Source of the DNA: Planctomycetota bacterium
GTDB taxonomy: Bacteria > Planctomycetota > B15-G4 > JADJEK01
Length of the DNA: 64,000 nt
Direction of reading: 5' to 3'
Assembly (NCBI GenBank): GCA_044225365.1
Contig: JBGAIQ010000005.1
Coordinates: forward strand, 32,001 to 96,000
Part shown: positions 47,101-56,254 of the stretch, piece after piece
How positions within the stretch are numbered: the stretch's first letter is position 1
Layout: each line of letters starts with the position of its first letter
Notes under the pieces: model-generated
The model's database searches: none
Seen by the model: only the letters and a program-made list of their open reading frames with translations
What the model was told of the DNA's origin: nothing
Translations under genes and position numbers: made by a program

Positions 47101-49354
47101 CGTCGGGCGGGAGCTGCTCTGCCTGCGAGAAAGAGGTTTCCGCCTCGACGAGGCGTCCGGCCATCGCCAGCGCCCTCGCCCGTAGCGACTCGCGCACGTA
47201 CGCCCGTTCGGGTCGCATGGGCTCACCGTCGAGCATCGAAAGAGCACGAAGCGCGAGCGTCGGGTTCACCTCGACGAGCGCGGCGCGCGCGCTCGCGAGA
47301 GCGTAGTGCCGTGGAGCCTTCCTGCCCGCAAACGCCAGCGACTGCGCGACCGACGCAAGCGTCGTGGCGTCACGACTCCGTCGCAAGAGAGCGCGCGCGA
47401 TCGCCCGCGCGGCCTGCGCATCGTTCGGGCTCGCCACCTTGGAGGCGAGCGTCACGGCGATCGCCGAGTCGAGCACTCCCGTCTCGTGAGGCGGCTTGAA
47501 ACCGCGCAACACGAGTAGACGCGTCGCGCGGGCCAACATCGCCAGGACGGCCGGCCCGAAGAGCCCGGTTGCCTCGACGAGCACCGGGATCGGCAGGGAG
47601 ACCCGAACCTGGGCGAGGAGGACGAAGACGGATCGCGACTCGCTCGGCAATTCGTCGAGATAGGCCGTGAAGGAGTTGCGACCTCGCGAGTCGACGGCGG
47701 AATCCTCGATCACGGCGGCGTGCTCGGCGTCGTCGAGTCGTGCCAGATCCGCGACGATGCCGCTCTCCCGATCGAGCAATCCGCCGCGCCGCGCCAATTC
47801 GCGCACGATCGACCGCATGCGCCGTGGCGAACCGTCGGAGCGCCGCACGAGCTCCGCCGCGAGCGCCTCCGGAGCGAGGAGGCGCGGGATCGTCACCTCG
47901 AGGATCGCGAGGACGTCCGACTCGGCGATCGGCTGGATCATGAATTCATCGAACTCGACCACGAAGTCGACGGGCAATGCGAGACGCGCCGCGTCGACGT
48001 CGCCACCGAGTGCGATACCTCCCGCGACCTCGCCGCGAGCGAGCGCGGCCGCGAAGACCGCGAGCGCTTCGATCGCCGATCGACTCGCGTTCTCGACATC
48101 GTCGAGGATCGCGATCACTCCGGGCATCTTCTCGCGCGCGTTCGCGATCTCGGCGATCGCTCGAAGCGGCGAGTCGACTTCGGCGAGATCGAGCGTGAGG
48201 ATCCCGCGAGCCCTCGCGAGTTCGCGCAGCCGCAACAAGTGCGTCGTTCGGCCGCTGCCAAGGCGCCCCCCGATGACCAGCGTGCGAGGACTCTCGCTCG
48301 AATCCTCGATCCCGGACGCGACGCCGCCGAGCCAACGCGCGAGGCGCTCCTCCGAAGTGCGGGCGAGGACGACTCGCCAATTCTCCTTCGTGCTCGTTGC
48401 ATCGACGTCGCCCGTCCCGAGCAAGCGGCGGTGCACGGCTCGCGCGTCGAGGGTGCGGAGCGCTGGATCCGGCGCCAGGAGCCGCAAGAGGAGCTCCTCG
48501 AGGAAGGGTGCGGAACAGCGTTCGGCGACGCGTCGCGCCACGTCCGCGGGAACTCCCGCGAGGATCGCGCGGACCAAAGAAGTCGCGTCGGATCCGTCGG
48601 TCGACGGAGGGACGAAGAAGAGCGGTTCGCCGAGCACGACCTCGACCAGCAGGCTGCCGAACGCGTAGAGATCCGATGCGGCAGTCGGCGCCGCGGAGAG
48701 CAATCGTTCGGGGGCGAGGTATTGCAATGTGCCGTGACGCGCTCGCTCGGGATCGGCGAAGGCGGGGTCGATCAGCACGCCTCGTCCGCTCGGCGTGACG
48801 ATCACGTTTTCCGGCTTGAGATCCCCGTGCGCGAGTTCGAGCGAGTGCATCGCGAAGAGGCCGAGAAGGACGTCGCCGAGCACCGCGAAAGCCTTCTCAC
48901 GAGAGAGCGCAGGCAGTGCGGCTCGCAGGTCGCGGCCTTCGACGTAATCGCAGACGACGTACGAAACCCCCGTCGCGGGGTCGGTCTCGATCGCGAGCAT
49001 CGTCGCGAGATTCTCGTGGCGGAAGCCGAGGAACGAGACGAGAGCCTCGACGTTCGCGAAGTCGGCACCGAGGCCAGCGGAATCGCTGCGATCACGGAGC
49101 AGTGCGCGATCGAAGCGTGGCGGCCGATCCGCTCGGCGCGGCAAGGGTCGCAGCACTCGTCGCGCGTTGCCGCTCGCCGTGTCCCGCACGAGCCATGGCG
49201 TTCTGGGCGCGACGACGGAGGCGAGCGCCCGCTCGACGCGGTAGCGTCCGAGCAAGAGCTTCGCATCGCGATCAGCCAGACTTCTCCTCCGATTTGCCGC
49301 ACGCCGCGCAGAGGCCGAACAGCTTGAGCGTGTGCGAGAGCACTCGGAAGCCAT
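44138..49354 (-). CDS. Multidomain sigma54-dependent activator: kinase-like, AAA-like, TPR, GAF, sigma54 AAA+, Fis HTH
   Basis: HGDLKPEN, GTLQYLAPE; GEAGTGKELIA, ELFGYRKGSFTGA, LFLDEI, FREDLYWRL, PGNVREL, AAERLGI. True start uncertain and may lie near 49280. Confidence 0.88.
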   Translation of the reverse strand: MASECSRTRSSCSASARRAANRRRSLADRDAKLLLGRYRVERALASVVAPRTPWLVRDTASGNARRVLRPLPRRADRPPRFDRALLRDRSDSAGLGADFANVEALVSFLGFRHENLATMLAIETDPATGVSYVVCDYVEGRDLRAALPALSREKAFAVLGDVLLGLFAMHSLELAHGDLKPENVIVTPSGRGVLIDPAFADPERARHGTLQYLAPERLLSAAPTAASDLYAFGSLLVEVVLGEPLFFVPPSTDGSDATSLVRAILAGVPADVARRVAERCSAPFLEELLLRLLAPDPALRTLDARAVHRRLLGTGDVDATSTKENWRVVLARTSEERLARWLGGVASGIEDSSESPRTLVIGGRLGSGRTTHLLRLRELARARGILTLDLAEVDSPLRAIAEIANAREKMPGVIAILDDVENASRSAIEALAVFAAALARGEVAGGIALGGDVDAARLALPVDFVVEFDEFMIQPIAESDVLAILEVTIPRLLAPEALAAELVRRSDGSPRRMRSIVRELARRGGLLDRESGIVADLARLDDAEHAAVIEDSAVDSRGRNSFTAYLDELPSESRSVFVLLAQVRVSLPIPVLVEATGLFGPAVLAMLARATRLLVLRGFKPPHETGVLDSAIAVTLASKVASPNDAQAARAIARALLRRSRDATTLASVAQSLAFAGRKAPRHYALASARAALVEVNPTLALRALSMLDGEPMRPERAYVRESLRARALAMAGRLVEAETSFSQAEQLPPDGTQFQLAVEHAQLLERMGRATDAVDRLDRALLRARGNDVFRLRAARAWAANAAGKTAEARNEVNALWSLRQGIDDLSARLEIAAVAGPLADRAGDVRRTHEAFVEARRLSRRLGRLARAAHFDSTLAVIDLEAGRAALAERRLRRAVNLLERSSDRRLLPDVLTRLGLARLESGDARRAFQSLQRATILFSRAGNRRGLGWALAGEGAARLFLGDPEAAVKCLEQSLEHRKFVNAHPGAALSAAELIRARATLGDIDGTRAAVRESLQLSAGPERASARLSVLIAIAEAARDRGEIATAWGVARRAVLLADRAGGQGERATAESLVAEQQLFRSDPIGALRRARLARRLARAAGRRKALAEATGIRAAALVLLRRDAARCALLSALETASDDATKAAVLIAFARAVRLDLANGSFEFARDGRDAARAAQRHALACGHRLRIAIARELVAALDAALEGTAVERDLLRENRQLRQVLEASRWINEADSVADVLTRILDTALDLLGASRGFVVTRFESSFRFEAARNLRQQDIEDPAMQLSRSIVERTLASGETIVTSEARTDERFKEYQSISRLDLLSVLCAPLKARGEVIGAIYVDDPERIDRFDDSARNVTQALAEQAAIVLDRARLRGEIEVLNTRLLADVKARTRELETARDDLDRVRRELEAKGVASPLVTQDPRLLGILDLVERVADSDASVLVLGEAGTGKELIARSLHDRSYRRRKRFIAVNCASLPETLVEAELFGYRKGSFTGATRDHEGLVVAADQGTLFLDEIADMPLAMQAKLLRVLQDGEVWPLGSNKPQRVNFRLVAATNRPLVEWVAAGRFREDLYWRLRVIPIDVPPLRDRRGDVPLLVAHFSSEIARRSGDKPRGFTDAALAHLSAQPFPGNVRELEAVVRALVLTSPHDPIDAQDLPPDYRRTPLPAVVAPVRESALPGETSLKDAVANYEKELVVAALRASEGNRGKAAERLGITRRWLQTLISKYGIE

Positions 49355-49751
49355 GACGCTTCGCCGCCTGCTCCTGATGCGCCTCGATCTCGGGATCCGA
49401 GAATTCCACGATGTCGCCGCATCGCAGACAGATCATGTGATCGTGGTGCTCGCGACCGTGGACCGGCTCGTAGAACTTGGCCTCGCGAGCGCCGATCTCC
49501 AACTCGTCGAGGAAGTTCGAGTCGACGAGCAACTTCAGCGTGCGATAGACCGTCGCCTTGCTGACGTACATGCGCTCGCGCTTCAGGACTTGATAGAGAT
49601 CCTCGGCGGAGAAGTGCTTCGGCATCGAGAACGCGCGCTTCACGATCTTGAGCCGCTGCGCGGTGTGCTTCAGCTTGTTCTCGCGGAGGAACCGCTCCAG
49701 CAGTTCGTCGACCTTGGCGGCCTTCGCGCGTTTGGTCTCGCTCTGGATCAC
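49272..49751 (-). CDS. Fur-family transcriptional regulator
   Basis: TAQR, HFSAEDL, SKATVYRTL, HHDHMICLRCG, CAAC. Confidence 0.93.
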   Translation of the reverse strand: MIQSETKRAKAAKVDELLERFLRENKLKHTAQRLKIVKRAFSMPKHFSAEDLYQVLKRERMYVSKATVYRTLKLLVDSNFLDELEIGAREAKFYEPVHGREHHDHMICLRCGDIVEFSDPEIEAHQEQAAKRHGFRVLSHTLKLFGLCAACGKSEEKSG

Positions 49752-51028
49752 GCCGAAGCCTCGTAGTCCTTGCGCCCGATGTCGGTGCGATAGAACGCCT
49801 TCTCGAAACGAATCCGGGCAACCCTGCGGTAGGCCTTCTCACAGGCCTGGCGAAGGTCTGTCCCGAGTGCGGAGACGGTGATCACTCGCCCGCCGGCCGT
49901 TACGACGCTTCCGTGATGCAGGGCCGTACCCGCGTGGAAGACCGATACGCCCTCTTCGGCTTCGTCGCGGAGGCCTTCGATCGGGTAACCCTTCTCGAAG
50001 CTGCCGGGATAACCTCCCGAGGCGATCACGACGGCGCAGCAAGGCCGCGGGTCCCACTCGAGTCCCTTCGACTGGTCGAGCTTCCCATCGACCGCGAGCG
50101 AGAGCAACTCGAGCAGATCGGTCCGAAGCCGGGGAAGGATCGCCTGCGCCTCGGGATCGCCGAGCCGCACGTTGAATTCGAGCACTTTCGGGCCCGCCTT
50201 CGTCAGCATCAATCCCGCGTAGAGGAAGCCGACGAAGCGGTGTCCTTCCCGAGCGAGAGCGTGAACCACCGGGACGAAGACCTGCGACTCGACCTGCCGG
50301 AGGATCGCCGGAGTGATGTTGCTCGCGGGACAGACGGCGCCCATTCCGCCGGTGTTCGGGCCGCGGTCGAAGTCGAACGCCTGCTTGTGATCGCGCGCTG
50401 CCTCGAGGGTGGCGATCGTGCGGCCGTCGACGATCGCGATCACAGATGCCTCACTGCCCTGCAGGAACTCCTCGATGACGAGGCGCGCCCCGGCCTCTCC
50501 GAAATCTTGCGTCACCATGAAGCGATCGATCGCCGCGAGCGCCTCGTTGCGATCGGCCGCGATGATGACGCCCTTGCCCGCCGCGAGGCCGTCGGCCTTC
50601 AACACGATCGGGAAATCGACGATGGCGTCGATGTACGACCGCGCAGCGTTCGCATCCTGGAAGATGCGGAAGCCGCCGGTCGGGACGTGGTACTTGCGGC
50701 ATAGTTCCTTGGTGAAGGCCTTACTGCCTTCGAGGCGAGCCGCGCCGGCGACGGGGCCGAAGATCTTGAGGCCGCTCGCATGGAACGAGTCGGCGATGCC
50801 GAGTACGAGGGGCGCCTCGGGTCCCACGACCGTGAGGTCGATCGCCTGCGCCTTCGCGAACGCGGTGAGGCCCGCGACGTCGTCGATCTTGATGTCGACG
50901 GTCTCGGCGATCTCGGACATGCCGACGTTGCCCGGTGCGACGAACAACTTCGAGAGCCGAGGAGAACGCTGGATGGCTGCGCAGAGCGCGTGTTCGCGCC
51001 CGCCGCTGCCGATGACGAGTACTCGCAT
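49748..51028 (-). CDS. purD: Phosphoribosylamine-glycine ligase
   Basis: MRVLVIGSGGREHAL, VGPEAPL, KADGLAAGKGV, GPNTGGMG, GDPE. Confidence 0.96.
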   Translation of the reverse strand: MRVLVIGSGGREHALCAAIQRSPRLSKLFVAPGNVGMSEIAETVDIKIDDVAGLTAFAKAQAIDLTVVGPEAPLVLGIADSFHASGLKIFGPVAGAARLEGSKAFTKELCRKYHVPTGGFRIFQDANAARSYIDAIVDFPIVLKADGLAAGKGVIIAADRNEALAAIDRFMVTQDFGEAGARLVIEEFLQGSEASVIAIVDGRTIATLEAARDHKQAFDFDRGPNTGGMGAVCPASNITPAILRQVESQVFVPVVHALAREGHRFVGFLYAGLMLTKAGPKVLEFNVRLGDPEAQAILPRLRTDLLELLSLAVDGKLDQSKGLEWDPRPCCAVVIASGGYPGSFEKGYPIEGLRDEAEEGVSVFHAGTALHHGSVVTAGGRVITVSALGTDLRQACEKAYRRVARIRFEKAFYRTDIGRKDYEASA

Positions 51029-51204
51029 CAAAACCCCGAACACTGCCATTTTGCGGCGCCGTCGCCGCTCGTGAGCCGGCAAAAAGTACCAGCATCGCGA
51101 ACCCCGGCAAGGACCGCGCCGAAAAAACGGCGACAGATTCGCGCGCGCCGGAGACGACATCGTAGACTCGATCGTGTCGAGCCCATTCTGTCCGTTCGAA
51201 TCCG

Positions 51205-52473
51205 ATGATCGAAGCCTCGAGCCTCCTCTGCGCAGCCCTCGCGCTCGCGCCCGCACCCCCCGTCGAATTCGCCGGGAGTCGTCTCTACGCTGCGAGCGTC
51301 GGAGGCGATCGAGTCGTCGGATTGGACAACGATGGCGTCACGGCGCAGACGATCCTCGATGCCGGGCTCGTGGATCCCCGCGGCATCGCGTTCGGTCCCG
51401 ACGGCAAGCTCTACGTCGCATCGGGAGACCACGTCCTGAAGTTCGGAGGCAATGGCGCACTCGAGGACACGCTCGGTGCCGCCGCGGGTCTCACGGGCGC
51501 ACGCGGCATCGCGATCGGGCCGAATGGCGACCTGTTCGTCACGTCGCTCACTCAGATCCTCGAACTGCGGCGCGATGGGACCCTGGTGCGTTCGATCGGC
51601 TCGGGCGACAACCTGCACGTGCCGGTCGGCCTCTGCTTCTCCGGTGAAGGCCACCTCTTCGTCACGCTCGCCGGGGACAACGCGATCGCGGAATACGATG
51701 CGAGCTTCGACCGCATCCACGTCTCCACGTTGACCGAACTCGCGATTCCGATGGGGATCACGATCGCTCCGAACGGAGTCCGCTACGTCTCGTCGTTCTT
51801 CAATGCGTCCGTCCTCGCGCTCGACGCGACCGGTGCGGTCGTCGGCGTCTTCACCGACGCCGCACTGCTCTTTCCCTCCGGCATCGCAGTCGGCCCCAAC
51901 GGCAATCTCTTCGTCTCGACGTTCTTCGGCAACACGATCGTCGAGCTCACGCCGGTCGGCGCGAAGGTCCGCGAGATCTCGCTCCCCACCGGAGCGACGA
52001 ACCCCGAGGGCATCGCGTTCGCGCCCTACCGCTGGAAGGGCAAGCTCAAGGGCCGACTCGTCGTCGATCCATCGATCGCGAAGAACGTCAACGAGAACGT
52101 CTACCTGGCGTACGCTCCGGGTTCGCGCACCCTGATGATCGATCTCGTCGACAAGACCTCGTCCAAGGATCTGGCGTCGACACTCGGCGTCACCGGCATG
52201 GCGTTCTACGGCTTCGAAACGTTCGAGACGCAGGACGCGAAGGCACGACGCGTCCAGGGACTCGAACTCGCACTGTTCTCCGCCGCGCCCGCGGACCCAC
52301 CGGGAGCGGGTGCACTCACCCAGAGTTCGATCGTGCTCGACTTCACGGGCAAGGCAGCGCCCTTCGGTTCATCGCCCGGGTTCTTCCCGAAGAGCGCGAC
52401 CGGAACGCTCACCCGCAGCAACTCGAAGAGTTCGCTTCGAGGAACGATCGTCACGTCGAGCGCGCTCCACTGA
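51205..52473 (+). CDS. Secreted NHL-repeat beta-propeller protein
   Basis: Repeats PRGIAFGPDGKLYV, RGIAIGPNGDLFV, PSGIAVGPNGNLFV; signal peptide. Confidence 0.85.
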   Translation: MIEASSLLCAALALAPAPPVEFAGSRLYAASVGGDRVVGLDNDGVTAQTILDAGLVDPRGIAFGPDGKLYVASGDHVLKFGGNGALEDTLGAAAGLTGARGIAIGPNGDLFVTSLTQILELRRDGTLVRSIGSGDNLHVPVGLCFSGEGHLFVTLAGDNAIAEYDASFDRIHVSTLTELAIPMGITIAPNGVRYVSSFFNASVLALDATGAVVGVFTDAALLFPSGIAVGPNGNLFVSTFFGNTIVELTPVGAKVREISLPTGATNPEGIAFAPYRWKGKLKGRLVVDPSIAKNVNENVYLAYAPGSRTLMIDLVDKTSSKDLASTLGVTGMAFYGFETFETQDAKARRVQGLELALFSAAPADPPGAGALTQSSIVLDFTGKAAPFGSSPGFFPKSATGTLTRSNSKSSLRGTIVTSSALH

Positions 52474-52697
52474 GCGCCACGTTTCGCGCCCGCTCGCTGG
52501 CGATCACGCGCGCGGCTTTTCCGTGGCTTTTCGATGCAGTCCCCTCGACATCGCGATATGGTGTCTCGCGTTCAGGAACGCTGCGCAACCACACACCGAC
52601 GGCCGTCCAACGCTCGAGCTTCGCCCGGCGATGAACGCGGGAGCGACCCGCATCGATCCGGCTCCACTGTCGACTCGAGGGATGGTCTGGGGTAGCC

Positions 52698-55600
52698 ATG
52701 CAGAGCGAGAGTGACGCGGTGACCGACAGCGTCGCGCCGATCGATTCGATGAATCCCGTTCGTTCCGATTCACCGCCGCAGGATCTCGGGCGCGACGTCT
52801 CCAGGTCGACCGCGCTGCCGATCGCGCCGATCCTCGCGCTCCTCGCCGGGGTCTTCAGCGTCGCGTCGGTGGGCGCGTCGATCCTCGCCGTGGCGGCGAC
52901 GCGCGAGCTCTCCTTCCTGCAGTCGACACAAGTCATCGGCGCACTCGCTCTGCTCGCGCTCGCACTGCTCGCACGACGGCGATCGTCGCAACCCCTGCCG
53001 ATCGGCCGCCTCGGACTCTGGCTCGCTGCGACCGCCCTCACGATGGCTGGAGCCGTCGAACTGCCGAGTTGGCCGTCGATCGATACCTTCGGGATCGGAG
53101 TCACCTTCCCGTTCCTCGTTCTGCTCGCCCTCCTCACGTACTTCGTCCTCGAACGGGACACCGACGGCGCGACATCGGGCATGATCGCGTGCGTGATCTT
53201 CGCGGCCTTCGGCGGACCGCTCTTCCTGCGCGACGGCGATGCCTTCCACGCGGTGCATCTGCTGCTCGCCATCGCCGGCGTCGGAAGCGCGGAACTGCCG
53301 GACACGCCGCGGCGCGGCACGGCGTTCACGCGGATCTGTCTAGCGCTGATCGTCCTCATCGCGATCCCGATCGCATCGAGCGGCGACCGCGGTCGCCATC
53401 TGGACGGCTATGCCCGCACCCTCGCAGCGCTCGCGCCCCTCGCGCTCGCCGCGATCGCAGCCGACAAGCGAAGATTCGTCGAGAAGTCCGTCCTGGCGTT
53501 GGCGGCGATCACGGCGATCGGAGTCCTCTGTGCCGCGGGTGCAGTGCTCGAGGGCGCGTACCACCTCGACCTGCATCACGCGGCGCAAGTCCGTCTCCCC
53601 CTCTTCGCCGAACATCCGAACATCATCGCGCCCTTCTTCGCCGTCACGATCCCGCTCGTCCTTGCGCTCGCGTTCGGCGGAGGATCGCGCCGAACGTCCC
53701 CGCTCCGCAGCATCGCTCTCGTCGCACTCGCCGCGGCAGCCCTGGGCGCGCTTGCCCTCACGCGCTCGCGCGCGGCGATCTTCGGCGGCGCGCTCGGTGT
53801 CGTCCTCGTCCTCGGGCTCCCGCTCCTCCAGCGCCTCGCCAGATTCCTCGCGACGAAGCGCTCGAAACTCGGCGTCGCGGCGCTCGCGATCGCGATGCTC
53901 GCAGGGTCCGGATTCGTCCTCCGACACAAGATCGCCGCGAAGCTGAACGACCCATCGATGGGATTCCGGGTCTACATGTGGCGCACGGCAGCCGCTGCCA
54001 TCGAGGAGCGCCCGCTCCTCGGATACGGTTTCTTGTGCGCCGATCCTCTGATGAACTACGCCGAAGAAGGCGATCTCGACGGGCGGACCAAGGACACCCA
54101 TCCGCACATGCAGCCGCTGTCGTTCGCGCTCGGCGCGGGCATCCCGGCGGCTCTCGTCTATCTCGCAGTCCTGCTCGAACTCGTCCTCGTGTGCGTTTCG
54201 CGGTCGCTCGCGGCGCAAGACGGAGGTCGCTTCCTCTTCGCGAGTCTCGCCGCATCCGCGCTCGCACTCCTCGCGGCGAACTTGATGGACCAGGGCCTCG
54301 CGTTGAACACGCCGTTCCCGCTCCATCTCGGGATCCTGCTCGCGATCGCAGCGGCGGCGGCGCCATCGTCCTCGGCCTCGGGAACACCGGCCGTCTCGCT
54401 GCGGCGTTCGTTGCGCATCGTGCTCACGCTGGGCCTTCTCGTCACCGCGCTCTTCCGGGCGTCCGATCTCCTCCTCCAGTGGTCGCGCGTCGCTTCGCGG
54501 GATCGAGAGAAGAACCAAGCCGTCGCACTGACGAAACTCGCTGCCACCCTCGATCCGCTTTCGCGCGACGCCCGACTCGCCTACGGCGACGCCACGGACG
54601 CCGCCGGCGATCGCGCTGAAGCCGCCGAGATCTTCGCCAAGGTCACGGCACTGCTCCCGAACTCGCCGTATGCCTGGGAGAAGCTCGGGAACCTCGAATA
54701 CGATCGCCGCAACTACACCGCCGCGCTGCAAGCGTTGAAGCGCGCCAAGGACCGCGATCCCACCGGGCCGAGCACCTCGCAGTGGGCTCTGCGCATCGGG
54801 AACATCTATGCCAATCTCGGAATGCGTGAAGACGCGATCGCGGCATTCGCCGAGGCGTTCCGCTTCGACTACGAAGCCGCACAACGCGCGAACTGGTCGC
54901 AGGACGAGCAGAAGGAGTACTACATCCCGATCCCGGGCAGCGACACGCCGATCTTCTTGGCGGGAGTCCTGAAGCGCGATGTCGATCTCCTCCCGGATCT
55001 GGTCAAGACCGATCCGATCAAGGCGCGACGTCTCGCGACGACGATGGTCCGCATCGAGATGTCGTTCCGCCACTTCTCTCGCGCGCGAGACATCATCGCT
55101 CTCTATCGAACACTGACCACCGTTCCGTGGTTGCCGCTCGAACACCTCGAGAACGACCTCGACCGCATCGAGAAGGAAGAAGCCGAAAAGGCCGGCGCGG
55201 GTGAGGCTCCGCCAGAGTCGCAAAACGCCCCAGACTCCAACGACCCCAAGGAGTCCCACCCCACGCCCCCGACGGCAACCGACGCGCCAGCGCCTCCAAC
55301 CGAAGCGAAGAACGCGCCGGATCCGGACGAGTTCGCCGGCGTCGCAGGCGAGACCGTGATCTTCATCGATCGCGGCAAGGACCTGATGGCGGGAAATCAC
55401 TTCGACGAAGCGATCCGTTCGTTCGAGATCGGCCTCGACCGGTCCTACGACATGGTCGCCGAACGCTCCTATATCGCGACCGTCATCGACGGCCTGTTCG
55501 AATGCCACATCCGGAAGGGCGACCTGCTCGGCGCCAAGCGCTGGTTCGGACCGAACCTCTACTTCCACCCCAAGGCCCAGGAACGCTTCGACATCGCCCG

Positions 55601-55940
55601 CCGCCTCGCGGCCGCCGAACGGACGGGCCAGAACGATCGCGCCGCTCTGGAAATCCTGACGGACGCCTTGAAGATCCGCGGCTCGCTCTCCCCCGCCCGC
55701 TCGCAGGAAGCCCTGAACCCCTTCTGCGCGACGCTGGGCTCGTTGCTGCAATCGACCGACGCCACCGTGCGCACCGATGTCGAGCAGCTCCTGAACTCGA
55801 TCGAATCCGACGGCCCCGGGCTCGCCATCTCGGTGCTCACCTACACGCAGGCGAAGCGCCTGAGCGAAGTCCCGAGCCGCTATCAACGCCTGAAGCGCGA
55901 TCACTCCGACTGGCTTCCGGTGATCCGCCTCCCCCGCTGA
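52698..55940 (+). CDS. Large O-antigen ligase (Wzy_C)-family membrane protein with TPR domains
   Basis: Many TM segments, HPNIIA, TRSRAA, PLLGYG, THPHM; TPRs (PNSPYAWEKLG). Confidence 0.8.
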   Translation: MQSESDAVTDSVAPIDSMNPVRSDSPPQDLGRDVSRSTALPIAPILALLAGVFSVASVGASILAVAATRELSFLQSTQVIGALALLALALLARRRSSQPLPIGRLGLWLAATALTMAGAVELPSWPSIDTFGIGVTFPFLVLLALLTYFVLERDTDGATSGMIACVIFAAFGGPLFLRDGDAFHAVHLLLAIAGVGSAELPDTPRRGTAFTRICLALIVLIAIPIASSGDRGRHLDGYARTLAALAPLALAAIAADKRRFVEKSVLALAAITAIGVLCAAGAVLEGAYHLDLHHAAQVRLPLFAEHPNIIAPFFAVTIPLVLALAFGGGSRRTSPLRSIALVALAAAALGALALTRSRAAIFGGALGVVLVLGLPLLQRLARFLATKRSKLGVAALAIAMLAGSGFVLRHKIAAKLNDPSMGFRVYMWRTAAAAIEERPLLGYGFLCADPLMNYAEEGDLDGRTKDTHPHMQPLSFALGAGIPAALVYLAVLLELVLVCVSRSLAAQDGGRFLFASLAASALALLAANLMDQGLALNTPFPLHLGILLAIAAAAAPSSSASGTPAVSLRRSLRIVLTLGLLVTALFRASDLLLQWSRVASRDREKNQAVALTKLAATLDPLSRDARLAYGDATDAAGDRAEAAEIFAKVTALLPNSPYAWEKLGNLEYDRRNYTAALQALKRAKDRDPTGPSTSQWALRIGNIYANLGMREDAIAAFAEAFRFDYEAAQRANWSQDEQKEYYIPIPGSDTPIFLAGVLKRDVDLLPDLVKTDPIKARRLATTMVRIEMSFRHFSRARDIIALYRTLTTVPWLPLEHLENDLDRIEKEEAEKAGAGEAPPESQNAPDSNDPKESHPTPPTATDAPAPPTEAKNAPDPDEFAGVAGETVIFIDRGKDLMAGNHFDEAIRSFEIGLDRSYDMVAERSYIATVIDGLFECHIRKGDLLGAKRWFGPNLYFHPKAQERFDIARRLAAAERTGQNDRAALEILTDALKIRGSLSPARSQEALNPFCATLGSLLQSTDATVRTDVEQLLNSIESDGPGLAISVLTYTQAKRLSEVPSRYQRLKRDHSDWLPVIRLPR

Positions 55941-56018
55941 GCCCGCCACGCACTCGACGGAACGCACCCCGCCCCGCCGACGAATCCTGCATCCTCCACA
56001 CTCGTTCGCGACTCCCGC

Positions 56019-56046
56019 TTGTCCCCCGCCGCCGAGTCGTTGTAAT
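56019..56046 (+). promoter_or_regulatory. Possible sigma70 promoter for tRNA-Arg(TCT)
   Basis: TTGTCC-16 nt-TGTAAT. Confidence 0.35.
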
Positions 56047-56126
56047 CGACCGCACGCGCGAGGCCCCCACAGTCTCCGCGCGCAGGCTCTCGAACCGACG
56101 CAACCGTCGACCGAGACCCTTCAGGC

Positions 56127-56203
56127 GCGCCCGTAGCTCAACTGGATAGAGCTCCGGATTTCTAATCCGGCGGTTGCAGGTTCGATTCCTGCCGGGCGTG
56201 CCA
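56127..56203 (+). tRNA. tRNA-Arg(TCT)
   Basis: GCGCCCG-TAGCTCAACTGGATAGAGC-T-CCGGA-TTTCTAA-TCCGG...GCAGG-TTCGATT-CCTGC-CGGGCGT-GCCA. Confidence 0.96.
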
Positions 56204-56254
56204 TCTTCTCGCTGCCTGCGTTTGTCGGCGTTCTTGCCCTCCCCTGCGGCTGTC

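Noticed and set aside
52524-52538. sigma54-like TGGC...TGCA upstream of 52698
   Set aside because: GG-to-GC spacing is 9 nt, not the required 10.
23260-56151. Identical first ~25 nt of the two tRNA-Arg genes as att sites
   Set aside because: Both are complete tRNAs with different anticodons; the shared 5' half is ordinary isoacceptor similarity.
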